Origin: Antechinus flavipes
Lineage: Eukaryota
DNA length: 64,000 nt
NCBI RefSeq assembly: GCF_016432865.1
Contig: NC_067399.1
Span: 400,024,001 to 400,088,000 of the forward strand
Direction: 5' to 3'
In this document: positions 12,060 to 24,860 of the stretch, piece after piece
How the letters are laid out: each line of letters begins with the position of its first letter
Position numbering within the stretch: position 1 is the stretch's first letter
Program-made: the position numbers and the translations under genes
Notes under the pieces: model-generated
Databases searched by the model: none
What the model was told of the DNA's origin: nothing
What the model saw: only the letters and a program-made list of their open reading frames with translations

Positions 12060-12589
12060 AAAGTTTAAGCATTAGCCTTGAATTTAAGTCTTTCTGAAAT
12101 CTGGCTTCAGTCTTCCCTTTGCAGTGTTACTTATTTCAAACTATCCCTGTCACACAGTCTGCCTTCCAGCCATATTGGACTCCTGCCTATTTCTTGCTCT
12201 TGTGCTGTCCTCTCTATCTCCTGCATGGAGTCATAAGAACTGGCCCCATGCCTGGAATATACTCCCTTCTTATCCCTGATTGTTGAAGGTCTCACTTTCT
12301 TTCAGCTTGGGTCAGGCCATGAAACTTTCCCCATATTTCTCAGATGTAACCCTTCTCACATTCTCCTAGAACATTGCCTAGATTTCTCCTTTTTTTTGGT
12401 TTTGTTTTATTTTGTTTTGTTTTTTTTGTCATTGTCTACTTTTGTTTAAAAGCTCTATGAGGATAGAATAGCTATGCATTCTGGTTGTCTTCCATGCTTA
12501 AAATGCTCTCCCTCCTCCACTCTGATTACTGTCCTCCTTGACTTCAAGTCCTGTCTAAAAATCTCACTTTATACAGGTAACCTTTCCTA
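12060..12589 (+). mobile_element. L2 fragment
   Basis: 'ggccccatgcctggaatatactcccttct...gcattctggttgtcttccatgcttaaaatgctctccc' resembles L2 3' region. Confidence 0.55.
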
Positions 12590-12764
12590 NNNNNNNNNNN
12601 NNNNNNNNNNNNNNNNNNNNNNNNNNNNNNNNNNNNNNNNNNNNNNNNNNNNNNNNNNNNNNNNNNNNNNNNNNNNNNNNNNNNNNNNNNNNNNNNNNNN
12701 NNNNNNNNNNNNNNNNNNNNNNNNNNNNNNNNNNNNNNNNNNNNNNNNNNNNNNNNNNNNNNNN
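12590..12764. other. Assembly gap (175 N)
   Basis: Run of N. Confidence 1.
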
Positions 12765-13462
12765 GAATTAAGTGACTTGCCCAGGATCATATGCTTAGTA
12801 AGTGTCAAGTGTCAGAGGTTGGATTTGAACTCGGAAGAGATTCTTCTCTCTCTTAATTATTTCTTACCTGACCTATATCAATCTGGGAGGGGGATACCAT
12901 CAGGGTTTCTGGCCAGAATACTAATGATTATTCTTTACCTACCAAGGGGTACAAAAAGAGACAAAAACGTTGTCTCCCTAGTGTTTATCTGGTATATAGT
13001 TGGCTCTTAATAATTGTGTTTAGTGAATGAATGAAATGAATGAACTAATGGAAGGTAGGAGCGAGGCTTTTTGGCAGTATTGGCCATCCCAAATCCTTTT
13101 GGGGTGACAGGTAATAACAATAAGGAATACATACCATAGTGATGATGATTTGGCTTTCTAAAAATCCTGTAGAGTTCACATTTGCTGTCATTTCATTCAC
13201 CCTTCTGACTTTCCATTGAGCTAGGATTCATAGTATCATAGATTTAGAATCAAAAGCAACTTTAGAGGCTCTCTATCTTTCAATCCCCTCATTTTAAATA
13301 GGCACAGGATTTGAATCCAAGACTTCTGACTGATATTTTTTCTGCCACATTTGCTGCCTCCAAACAAAGGTTCATTACAGTTGTTCTGTAAATGGAAGAA
13401 GTTCGACACAGAAAGTCTAGGAAACTTGTCTTAGATGAACCAACAAGTCAATAATGACCTTA

Positions 13463-13636
13463 CAGGGATTTTAAACCATGTTATGTGTCATGGATCCCTT
13501 TGGAAGATGAAGCCTACAGATCTCTTCTCAAAATAATATTTTTAAATGCATAAAGAAAAACAATAGGATTACCAAGGAAGCCAATTGTATAAGACTTTTT
13601 TTTTTAAATTCAGGGATCCCAGGTTAAGATCCCCTA
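13463..13636 (+). mobile_element. Ancient hAT-type non-autonomous DNA element (copy 1)
   Basis: Termini cagggattttaaacc...ggttaagatcccct; body 'aataatatttttaaatgcataaa' shared with 18529-18716 and, inverted, with 45748-45975. Confidence 0.7.
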
Positions 13637-14669
13637 ACTTACAATAAGAAATCTCTTATTCTTTGCTGTTCTTCCTAACTCTTGCTCCATTTTTCATGGG
13701 TAATTCTTCTCTTTTAGTAAGAAAAATGTGTTCCCTCAGACTTATTGTATCTGTCTAATATCTCATCTTTGGGGAAGAGGAGAATGCTGGAACTCCATGT
13801 ATTAGTCCTGGCTTTCACTGACTTGCTCTATAACTTCGGACAAACCTCTTCCCATCTCTGAACTGGTTTCCTCCTCTGTGAAATGTGGGAGTTGACTTAT
13901 ATTGTTTATTAAATGCCTGCTTATATGAAAGTCATTGTCTTTTACAAGGATACAAACAAAAAAGCTGACCTTATCCTCAAACAGGGTACTTTCTACTGCC
14001 ATGAGTTCCAAGAAGAGGAAAGAACCTTAGAAAGCATCCAATCCAGCTTCCACATCCTGAGCTGTTCTGTGATTCAGTGGACTGGGCTGAACCTTAGAAA
14101 GGGAAGAACAGGACTTAGGAGCCCAGAAGACTGGATGTTCTAATCACAGTCCTTAGCAGTAGAAAGAAAACATCTGGGATCAATGTTGGCTTGGATTGTT
14201 CCTTATTTCTCCTTTTCCAGTCTGAAATAGGAAAAAGGAGAGACTTTTGGGAGACATGTGGTTTCATGGGGGTAATGAATTAGAAAAAGAGTTATTAGGT
14301 CCAGGGATCTAGAGCCAGTGGCCATGCTTGGCCAACTTTTTAGGCACTAAAAATCAATGAAGGTCACATAGATCTTATGTTCAATATGTCTTTGGAAGAT
14401 CCACCCTTATTGATCATTGCAGATGGATTCTCATCTGGCTCCTCTTAATGAAAATAAGAACAAGATTAGGAGGGTAAATTGAGATTTAGGTGGTGAATTC
14501 TGGGGCTGAAGCAAGAATTTGATGAGAGGAGAACAGAACTCCCTAATGAGTCTGTGTTAAATATATATATATAACCTTAAGCAAATCAATATATATAGTA
14601 AAAGTTTAGAAGTAGAATTTAAACTGAGATTCTTTGACTTTAGGGAACAGTACACTTTTAAAAAATTGT

Positions 14670-14810
14670 TGCGGGCATTGGAGGGTAAGTGACTTGCCCA
14701 GAGTCACACAACTGTAAGTGTCTGAGGCCAGATTTGAGCTTAAGGAAAATAATCTTCCCAACTCCAGGCCTAACTCTCAATCCATTATTATCACCTAACT
14801 GCCCCCACTA
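14670..14810 (-). mobile_element. WSINE1/SINE1-type marsupial SINE
   Basis: Reverse of 'ggggcagttaggtgataat...ctggagttgggaag...ctcaaatctggcctcagacacttacag...gggcaagtcactta'. Confidence 0.8.
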
Positions 14811-15344
14811 CATTTTCCACTGTACTCTTTTGCCTACAGATATTCTTCATGACTAAGACTTGTGATGTCCTCACAAAGCACTGGAGCCTGATATGATAAA
14901 GAATGTTGCTCAATTAGAAATCTCTGAGGGTAAAATGCCAAAGCATCAGGCTGGGGTTCAGGAGTTCTGAATGTTAGTTATAACTCTACTATTGATTAGC
15001 TTTGTGATATTGGAAGAATTATTTACCCTGTCTGAGCTTTAGTTCCTTACCTGCAAAATGAGGATAATAATATTTGTATTACCTAGTTGTTGGAGGGAAA
15101 CTGCTTTATATGGAGATAATAATATGTGGATTCTTTGCATATTTTAAAGTGTTGTCCTCTTCTCTGTCACTGTCTTCATTTTGTGCAAGCCTTCATCTCC
15201 TCATACCTGGACTATATTGTAGTGGCCTGCTGGTTGGACTACTCAGTTCAATCCATCCTCCACTCAGTTATCAAATTAACCTTCCTAAAATATATGTTTG
15301 ACCATGTCACTAATATATTAAATAAGCTCCAATAGTGCCCTATC

Positions 15345-15580
15345 ACTTCTATCATTGTTCAGTCATTTCACTCAAGTCTGACTCTTCATGGACCCATCTG
15401 GGTTTTCTTGGCAAAGATACTGGAATGTTTTGCCATCTCCGTATCCAGCTTATTTCACAGATGAGAAAACTGAGGCAAATGGGGTTAGGTGATTGCCCAG
15501 GTCTCACAACTACTAAGTGTCTCAAGCTGGATTTAAACTCAGATAGATGAGACTTTCTGATTGCACCACTTAGCGGCTCC
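15345..15580 (-). mobile_element. MAR1-type SINE
   Basis: 'ctgactcttcatggacccatctgggttttcttggcaaagatactgga...acagatgagaaaactgaggcaaatgggg...gcaccacttagcggctccc'. Confidence 0.85.
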
Positions 15581-16139
15581 CACTTGTAAGGAAACTTCTT
15601 TGTAAATATTAAAACATCATAGAAATGTGAGCTGGATCTGCTTTTGTTTTTATGAAATAGCTGAATTAGATTTCTAAATTCCATTCTGGCTGTTACATTC
15701 TGTGATTTTGTTTGTGAAGTGGTATTGGCTGACTTCTGGAGTTGGGACATAAAGGCCCTTAAAAGGGTCTTTGCTTGCAGTCAACAGGGAGATTACCCAC
15801 CTGATCCATCTCTATCTCCCATCTCTCTCTACTTCCTTTCTCTCTCTATAGAATGGAGAATAATTCTTTCAAAAATAATAAGCTCTTACCCTGAACACAG
15901 TAATCTTTTCCAAGTTTTCTCACTGAGTGATGGTAAAACATTACTTGTTCTTGAGGCAGAGCAATATATCTAATAGTCTAACATTCAAAGAAATATTAAT
16001 GTTTGCAAGAGAATTGGTTCCTGAAATATTTGGACTGTTAATTGAAGAATTCCATCTGATTAGAAAATATAAGAATTTCTTTTGGACGAGTATCCCACTT
16101 TCTGATTTTCTGCTTCTTCTCTTGTATTGTGAGTATTAG

Positions 16140-16340
16140 GCATCCGTCCCACTTCCCAAGCTGTGGTATAACTTGAGAAGGAATTGAATTTAGAATCAGG
16201 GAACTCACATTCAGATCCTGGCACTACTCCTTTACAATCCATGTGATTCTAGGCAAACCCCTTAGCCTCTTAGGGCTCAGTTTTCTATATTGTGAAATAA
16301 AGAAGTTGAACTGGGTGCTTTTAAAGCTTCTCTCCAGTGC
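16140..16340 (+). mobile_element. MIR-type SINE
   Basis: 'aggaattgaatttagaatcagggaactcacattcagatcctggc...ctcagttttctatattgtgaaa'. Confidence 0.65.
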
Positions 16341-16559
16341 TTGACCCTCTTGTTTTATGATCAATATCCATCTGGTACTTTTTGCATATGGATAACTAAG
16401 AAGCTGCCTGAAGGACAGGGTGTCAGAAGGATTCCCTTTGTGACCCTCAGATTTCTCTTCTTCTTGAGCCACAGGGGTGGGATAGGGCACATTTAATTTC
16501 AAACAACATTTATTAAATGCCAAATATGTGCAAGGACTTGTGTTTGGTGCAGGGGATTT

Positions 16560-16770
16560 GTTGTTGTTTAGTCATTTGTAATTTTAGTTGTCATGTCTGA
16601 CTCTTCATGATCCATTTTGGGTTTTTTTTTGGCAAAAATATTGGATTCATTTGCCATTTTCTTCTCAAGTTTATTTTACAGTTGAGGGAACCAGGATTCA
16701 GTAACATACTCAGAGTTACACAGCTAGTAAGTGCCAAAAGTTGGATCTGAACAGGTCTTCCTGACTCCAG
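16560..16770 (-). mobile_element. MAR1-type SINE
   Basis: 'gtcatgtctgactcttcatgatccattttgggttt...ttgccattttcttctc...cttcctgactccag'. Confidence 0.8.
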
Positions 16771-16827
16771 CCAGGAACGCATACAGATAAATACAGCATA
16801 GATCTTGCCTTTAAGGAATTTATTATC

Positions 16828-17020
16828 NNNNNNNNNNNNNNNNNNNNNNNNNNNNNNNNNNNNNNNNNNNNNNNNNNNNNNNNNNNNNNNNNNNNNNNNN
16901 NNNNNNNNNNNNNNNNNNNNNNNNNNNNNNNNNNNNNNNNNNNNNNNNNNNNNNNNNNNNNNNNNNNNNNNNNNNNNNNNNNNNNNNNNNNNNNNNNNNN
17001 NNNNNNNNNNNNNNNNNNNN
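16828..17020. other. Assembly gap (193 N)
   Basis: Run of N. Confidence 1.
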
Positions 17021-17289
17021 GTAGTATCCTTTATATAGTTTGTTTTATTTCGAACTTACAGCTTATTTGCACATGGTTATTTGCATATTATTGCCACCAT
17101 TGGATTGAGAGTTCCTTGCAGCCAAGGAAGTCTTTTTGCCTTTCTTTGTATCTCTAGCAGTTGGCACTGTGCCTGGCACTTTGTAAGTACTTAATAGATG
17201 GTTATTGACTGATTGGGAGACTATTACATGGAAGAAGACTTTACCTATTTTGTTGGATCTTAAAGGACTGGACTCAGATAACAGCAAGA

Positions 17290-17540
17290 ATGGGCAAAGA
17301 TCAACTATGAAAGACTTAGTTCTTCTCAGTGGTTAAGTGATCCAAGGCAATCCCAATAAACTTTGGATAGAAAATACCATCTGCATCCAGAAAAAGAACT
17401 ATGGAGATTGAATGTAAATCGACACATGCTATGTTCACTTTTTTCTGTTTTTTTCCTCTCTCATGGTTTTTCCTTTTTGTTCTAATTTTTCTTTCCAACA
17501 TGATTCATAAAGAAATGTGTATTAAAAATAAATTTAAAAA
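17290..17540 (+). mobile_element. L1 3'UTR fragment
   Basis: 'gatcaactatgaaagacttag...ctgcatccagaaaaaagaactatggagattgaatg'; followed by a TA/CA-rich tract to about 17750. Confidence 0.8.
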
Positions 17541-18528
17541 CAAGCAAGTATATACACATATATATGTATACACAGACATATATATATACATGACACAAAT
17601 ACATGCATATGCAAGAACATGATTATATCTTTAAACATGTACAATATTATACAGTATATATGTATAGATGTACATAAATTTGTATATGCTATATGCATAT
17701 GTGATATACAGGAGACATGTAAAGAGAATAAATACAAATTAGCTAAATGCAAGGCATTTTGAGGGGAAGGAAATTTAGTGGTTGAGGGAATTGGAAGAGG
17801 CTTCTTTTAGAAGGTGTCTTGAAGGAAGACAGACTCTGGAAGAAGCAACATATTTCAGGCTTTGTTGGTGGCTAGTGCAGATGCACAAAGAAAGATTTTT
17901 GCATGTAAAGAAGAGAAAAAAAAGCTATTTTGGGGGATTGTAGAGTGAAGGAAGAGGAGCAATGTACAAGGAAGGTGGAAAGATAAGTTAGGGCTAGGTT
18001 GGATTCATGGGGATTTTATCCAGATTGTAATATTATAGATATGGCCATACTCTCAGAATGCTTACAAGCTAACAGAATCAAAATTAGAAGGGATCTTACC
18101 TACTTCAGTCAAATAACAAGCATCAAGTACCTACTAAATGCAATCAGTACTTGAATAGTAATTCCTTGTTCAGCATTTCAGACAATTGGTTGTCTAGCCT
18201 CTACTTGAAGAATTCTAGGCATGGAATACTCATTACTTCCTGGGGGAAATTGTTTAACTTTTGACCAGCTCTTGTTGTTGGAATGCTCTTTCTTATAAAA
18301 TCACAGAAGTTTAGAATTAGAAGAGACTTCAGTGGTAGATGTTTAAGCAAACCCACACCTGAAAGGAATCCTCCCTGTAACATCATCATTATCATCATTC
18401 CCCAATGTAACATAAGGACAGGAACTAAATCTATGCTTTTATTGCTTTATGGAACTACTGGATGAAGAAACTCCCAGAAGAAACATCTATGCCAGTCAGT
18501 ACCTTCTCTATAAATTATAATCTTAGAA

Positions 18529-18716
18529 CAGGAGCTCTTAACTTTTTATATGTTGTAGACATCTCTGCCAACCTCAGAATAATGTTTTAAAATGCATAAT
18601 ACATATGATCACAAAGAAAACAATTTACAGTGAATTAAATATATAATTTTTTTCCCATCCAAGTTGGTGGGACCTCCCTAAAACTTCTCCATGCATTCCA
18701 AATTAAGAACTCTTAT
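18529..18716 (+). mobile_element. Ancient hAT-type non-autonomous DNA element (copy 2)
   Basis: caggagctcttaac...aattaagaactctt; body similar to 13463-13636. Confidence 0.6.
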
Positions 18717-19749
18717 AGAATTGCCTAGAGACCTGAGAGAGTGTCAGTTGCCCACAGTGATACAGTCTGTATATGTCAGAGGCAGTTCTTCCTGGTTCCA
18801 AGACCAACCCTCATCCACTATCCCATATTGCTTTATAGATTAAGGTCTGAAGAACAATCATATATTATTTCATTTGGTTCTCACAGAATTCCTGTGAGGT
18901 AGGTCCTATTTTTTAGATTAGGAAACTGAAGCAGATGGAGATTAAATTACTTTCTGAGGGTTACACAGCTAAGTGTCTGAGCCAAAACGCGAATTTAGGT
19001 CTTTCTTCTTGACTCCAATCAAATGCAGCTCTATTCTCTATGACAGTGAACATAGCCAACAAGTAGTCATCAAACCTCTGCTTGCAGACTTCCAGTGAGA
19101 GGGAAAGCACTGTCCCCCAAGGCAACCCAGCCCACTTTTGGACAGCTGTAATTGTTAGGAAGGTTTTCCTGACACTTGAGTTAAAGCCTACAACTCTGCA
19201 ACTTATACTCATTGCTACTGTTTCTGTTCTCTGGAATCAAGCAGATTTTGTTAGATCCCTCTTGAACAACCTGGACAAAGATAGCAGAGTTATGTGGTCC
19301 AAGGACATTCTTTGTTAAGCGTGTTGTATGAAGTGTTGTTGAGAGAGAAGAAGAGGGAAAAGGAAGAAATGGGAGGGGAGGGAAGAGGTAGAAGGAAAAA
19401 GGAGGGAGGAGGGAAAATAAAGAAGCCCATTGGGTTGCTATGTGACTAATAAGAGGATACAGGCAGCAGCCTAACTTCTTCTCCCTCTTGACTTATCCTA
19501 TGCAGCAGCCTGTCTGAAGTGAGGGTCTTGCCTGAGGGAGGAGCGATGTCTCCTCTTCCTCTCTGTGACTGCTTTTATTTCCCCACAAGTGGATGCTGTT
19601 TCAGCTAAGGGGTACCTTGCATAAGTCAAAATAAGGTTGATATGACTTTGGATTGCGTGCTACTAGACATTACTTTTTTCCTCTATTTTACAACATTTCC
19701 CTTTTCCCTGACTCTCTTTCCCTTGTTTATCTCAGCCTTGTTTTATTGA

Positions 19750-19980
19750 GTTGTTGAATTGTTTTTGGTCATGTCCTACACTTTGTGACCCCATTTGGGG
19801 TTCACTTGGCAAAGATAAAAGAATGGTTGCCATTTCCTTTTCCAGCTCATTTTACAGATGAGGAAACTGAGGCAAACAGGGTAAAGTGACTTACCCAGGA
19901 TCACACAGCTTCGAACTCAGCATGATGAATCTTCCTGACATCAGGCCCAGAACTCTACAGAGCTGTGCCATTTAGCTGTT
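19750..19980 (-). mobile_element. MAR1-type SINE
   Basis: 'gtgaccccatttgggg...ccatttccttttccagctcattttacagatgaggaaactgaggcaaacaggg'. Confidence 0.85.
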
Positions 19981-20599
19981 GTACCTTGATGCTATCTAAT
20001 AAATTAATTTTATACCTACCATCCTCAGGGTACTTCTTGATTCTTAATCTATGTACAGAATCAGGTCTTAGTGGAGATCATAACAGAGGCTGGCCAAAGC
20101 ATACAAGAGTACATGATCAACATTTGTTGAACTGAAAAGTGAGGAAGCTACATATATTGATAGAAATGACTTGACCAGATTGGTGACGTGGTTACTTTCT
20201 GCCAGCACTGAAATTGGACCCTATTTTCAGAATCTTAATTTAGTGATCCTTCCATACTGCCAATCTACCTCTTTTTCCTAAGGACAAATTTGGATATGAA
20301 CTTTTTGGGAACCAAAGTAAAAAGGTAAACACATCAGATGATAGAATTATCATTCTCCAACAAAACTATACCATACAAGTCTATTTGATAACACTTATTT
20401 TTAGGATATCATTACATGTCATTATATTAAACATTAAGTAACATAAGGTCCTTACTAGTTGAGAGATATAGTCCAAATGCCATTACCAATTCAAAAATGC
20501 AACAAAGAAGCTGGAGTTGGTATCTCCTCAGGCTTCCTTTGGTTGGTCTTCATTTATGAGTCCATCAAACTGCGCTTATAGGTGTTGAAGCACATGGAT

Positions 20600-21110
20600 G
20601 GGCAGATAAGCAAACTAAACCAATATCATTTCTCTTTTTAACAGGGTTTTGGATTGTTAGATCATAGAAATCCTATCGATATAGCATACCTGGATTTCAG
20701 CAAAGATAGTGTCCCATTTTATCCTTGTGGACAGCATGGGGATGTGTATGCTAGATATTACAGTTAGCAGAGTTTGCAATTGGCTGAGCCATTGGAACTA
20801 AGAGGGTGTAGTTAAGGGACTGTTGTCAACAGGGGAAAGGACACTTCTGGAGCTTTCAAAGGCTCTGTCCTTGGTCCTATGTATTTTTCCTCCTACTTAC
20901 TTGAATGAAAGCAGAGATGGCATACTTATCAGATAGGTGTATTGCACAAAGTTAGGAAAATTGACCATCATGATGTAAGAAAGAACTGAGATCCCAAAAG
21001 CCTTTGATAGGTTAGGGCAATGAACCAAATATGAAATTTAATTGTATTAAATGTAAAGTCCTACACTTGGGTTCAAGAAATCTGCACAAGTATTGGATGG
21101 AGGCAGAGGT
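20600..21110 (+). mobile_element. L3/CR1 LINE ORF2 (RT-region) relic
   Basis: 'gatatagcatacctggatttcagcaaag' (the YLDFSKA motif of CR1 RT), 'ggctctgtccttggtcct', 'aaatgtaaagtcctacacttggg'. Confidence 0.8.
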
Positions 21111-21569
21111 AAACAAACTAAATGCACACACAATGCTTAATAATAGGTACACAAAAAAATGAAAAAGTCTGTGTCCTTAAGGAGCTTATGTTTTATTGGG
21201 GGGAATTATGACATTTGCACAAATAAGTAAATTCAGGATAATTTGAAGGAGAAAACCAACAACTAATGAGATCAGTGAAGACTTAAAGAAAGAGGTGGAC
21301 CCTAAGCAACTCCTTAAAGGAAGTTAAAGATTCTAAGAAGCAGAAATGAGTATTATAATATGGAGATCAGAGGTTAAATGCTCAATTTAGGGAACAGCAG
21401 GAGGACAGTCTGGCTGGACTATAAAATGTATAAAAGGAAAGGAATAAACATTTATAAATATTACGTGCCAAACATTGTTCTAAGCATTTTACAAACATTT
21501 TCCTATTTGATCCTTACAACAACCCTGTGAATTAGGTGCTATTATTAACCTCATTTTAATGTTACACTC

Positions 21570-21790
21570 TTTGTGAACTCTTTTTGTGAGGTTTTCTTGG
21601 CAAAGATACTGGAATGGTTTTCCGTTTCCTTCTCCAATTTATTTTTTACAGTTGAAGAACTGAGGTAAATAATAAATGACTTGTCCAGGATCACACAGCT
21701 AGTAAGTTCCCGAGGCCAGATTTGAATTCAAGAAGACCAGTCTTTCTGATTCCAAGCCCTTCTTTATCCACTATACCACTTAGCTGCCAG
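21570..21790 (-). mobile_element. MAR1-type SINE
   Basis: 'ggttttcttggcaaagatactggaatgg...ccactataccacttagctgcc'. Confidence 0.8.
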
Positions 21791-23299
21791 AATTATAGGT
21801 ACACAAACTATTGAGCATTACCAATGATAATTTAGTTTTACGTGTAACCTTAGCTTCTCGAAAACTCCCACATGTTCAAGATATATTCTGTGATAATATC
21901 CACAGCTCACAAGCCTTTATCAATGTTTCTTTTAGCAGAACACTTGAGATGAAAGAAAAAAGACAATTTGTTAGTTATCACTAACGAGAGGGATTCTAGA
22001 CTCCTCCTTCTCCCTCCCCCATACACTGGAGTATACATTCTCCTATAGATTACTGTATCCATAATGGGAGAGGGAACATCTATGGGGAAATGTGCATGGA
22101 TATATGTGGGAGTAGCACATGCATAGAGAGCACATGTGGTCATGGAACATTTGGAGGCAGGACAGTTTATGCTCCAAGACTGACATACTTGCTAGAACCC
22201 TCCTGTGCATGTGATGCTATTCCTTCCTTTTCTACAGAGTCAATAATAGTTCTGATTATCTGATGATGTCATTGAGCTACGGACTTCAAACTGTTGCCCC
22301 TTGTTGGATCTGGGATCAGTTATTTGCTCTTGCAGCTGAGCTGCTCTGTATCCTGGGCTACTCTCTCCCGCCACCTGTTGGTTTTTCATTGAATCACAGA
22401 TGTCTCGACACCTCTTCCTGATAAGGATAAAGAAGTATTTAATTATGAGTGCCCCATTCACCAGGTATTGTCCCAGGAATTGGGGATGCAAAAAAAGAAT
22501 GAAGGAAATCCTTCTCTCACATAGCAGCCTATCAGCTTTTGAGGGGTCAGGGGACTTATAACCCTATCTTCCTTTTTGACTCTCTTCAGTCCCAACCAAC
22601 CAATGGAAAATGTCTTTTAAACTTCTTTGGCATCTGATTGAACTTCCATGCCCTTAGCTTGGTCTGCTATTTGACTTGGAGGTGAAAAAAATTTCTTTTG
22701 ATTTCATTTCAAGCCTATGGTGGATGGCCCTATTCTCTAAGACTGAAAAGAGTTTGGTGGCCTTTATTCAACTTTTCTGCTAGCAGTGACATCCCCAGTC
22801 CTGGTGTAAAAGGTCTTATGGAAAAGATAATGAGCTGGTCATATAATAATAGCTAAAGATCAAAGACAGATTAAGGTCTGAACTGGTCATATGGAACATC
22901 AAAAACCTACAGCAAGTCCTTTGGGTTTTGGGCACACCATATCTAATCTACAATTAGGCTGTTCTTATGTGATAATATGAGCAAGCATCATGCAAGTTGA
23001 GAAGATGTGAATAAACTTATATTTGAACCATCAAGGGAACATGTCTATGAAATCATGGCTATATTGAAGTTTAAGTAAAGTTCAGAAGAGAGGGATTACA
23101 ATTTTCCTTAATTCTCCCTAAATTGGAATACATGTAATGTATTGGTCACCATATTTTAGGAAGAGACATCAACAAATTAGTGTATGTGAGATGAAGATGA
23201 CCAGGATGGTGAAGGGATTGGAGACTATGTCAGATATCTTGGGTTCAAAAAAGTAATTTGGATGAAAAAAAGTCAACTTTATAAGTACAAAGTAGTGAT

Positions 23300-24860
23300 T
23301 TAGCTGGTCAGCAATTTATATGAAAAATATTTGGGTGTTTTAATGGTTGATAAGCTCAATATAAGTGTGATATAGAAGGCAAAAAAAAGCTGATATAAAA
23401 CTGATATATATATATATATAGGCTGCCTTAAAAAAGGGAAGTGATAGTATTGATTAGAGAAATGCAAATTAGAACAACTAAAAGGGATCATTTCACACTT
23501 ATCAGATTGACAAATATGACAGAAAAGGAAAATGATAAATGTTGGAGAAGTGGGAAAATTAGAACACCAATGCACTGTTGGTAGAATTGTGAATTTATCC
23601 AATCATTCTGGAGAGCAATTTGGAACTATGCCCAAAGAACTACAAAACTATGCATACCCATGGAGCTAGCAGTGTTATTACTGGATCTGTGTCCTGAAGT
23701 TATTTTTTTCTTAAAAAGGAAAAACCCTTACATGCACAAAAATATTTATAGCAGCTCTTTTTATGGTGGCAAAGAATTGAAAATCGAGGTGATGCTTATC
23801 AGTTGGGAAATGGGTGAACAAGTTATGGTATATGAATGTAATGGAATATTATTGTTCTATAAGAACGATGAGCTGACAAATTTCAGAAAAACCTGGAAAG
23901 ACTTACATGAGCTGAGCAAAGTGAAGTAAGCAGAATCAGGAGAACATGGTATACAGTAACAGCAACATCATGGGATGATCAACTATGATAGATTTAGTTC
24001 TTTTGAGCAATGCTATGATCCAGTGATCCAAGACAATTTCAAGTGAGTCATAATGGAAAATTCTAACCATATCCAGAGAAAGAACTATGGAGATTGAGGC
24101 ATACTATTTTCACTTTTGTTGTTTATTTTTTCCCTTAGAATTTTTCTCTTTTGTTCTAAGTCTTCTTTTACAACATAACTAATGTGGAAATATGTTTACA
24201 TAAAGGTACATATATAACCTATATTGGAGTGTTTTCTATCTTGGGGGGGAGGGAGAAAAATTTGGAGCTCAAAATCTTACAAAGATGAAATGTTGAAAAT
24301 TCTCTTTACATATAAATGGAAAAATAATAAAATACTATTAAGTAGGGGAAAAAAGGAAAGTGCTAGTTCCATTATATTCTGCCCTGGTCAGAGCACATGT
24401 AGTGTTCATTTTGAGATGTCACATTTTAGAGAGGCTGTGGTTAAGCTGGAGACTGTTCAGAGAATACCGACCAAGATAATAAAAGGACTTCAGGATTTTG
24501 CCATATGAAGATTGCTTGAGAAAACTGGAAATATTTACCCCAGAAAAGATTTAGCTGGCTTCGAGTGCAGTATTTAAAGGGCTATTGTGGAAAAGAGATC
24601 ATATGTGTTCTGCTTAGTCCCAGAGGGCAAAATTGGGAGCCAGAAGTGGAAATCATAGAGAGGAAGACCTAGATTTTCTGTAAGGAAAGGCTTCCTAATA
24701 ATTGGAGCTATTTCAAAGTAGGTTAAGATGATTTAGGAGGTGAAACTGCTCTATGTCACACTGGAGGTATTCAAGTAGAGGTCAGTGACCATTTGCCTAC
24801 CATGTGGCTAGGATTTTGCTAGATGGAGCCAGGTAACCTTCAAGACACCTTTCAGTTCTG
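23300..24860 (+). mobile_element. L3/CR1 3' relic split by an L1 insertion
   Basis: 'ataagctcaatataagtg...aaaaagctga' continues after 24367 with 'attctgccctggtcagagcac...ctggagactgttcagaga...gggctattgtggaaa'. Confidence 0.75.
23449..24348 (+). mobile_element. 5'-truncated L1 (ORF2 end + 3'UTR) with degenerate 19-bp TSD
   Basis: AAAAAAGGGAAGTGATAGT (23430-23448) and AAAAAAGGAAAGTGCTAGT (24349-24367), 2 mismatches. ORF 23660-23929 is an L1 ORF2p C-terminal remnant. Confidence 0.9.

Noticed and set aside
22500-23250. Possible endogenous viral element (filovirus, bornavirus or parvovirus type, known in marsupials)
   Set aside because: Manual translation gave only short, stop-rich frames with no viral motif; part looks like a CR1 relic. 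A tBLASTx against viral proteins would be decisive.
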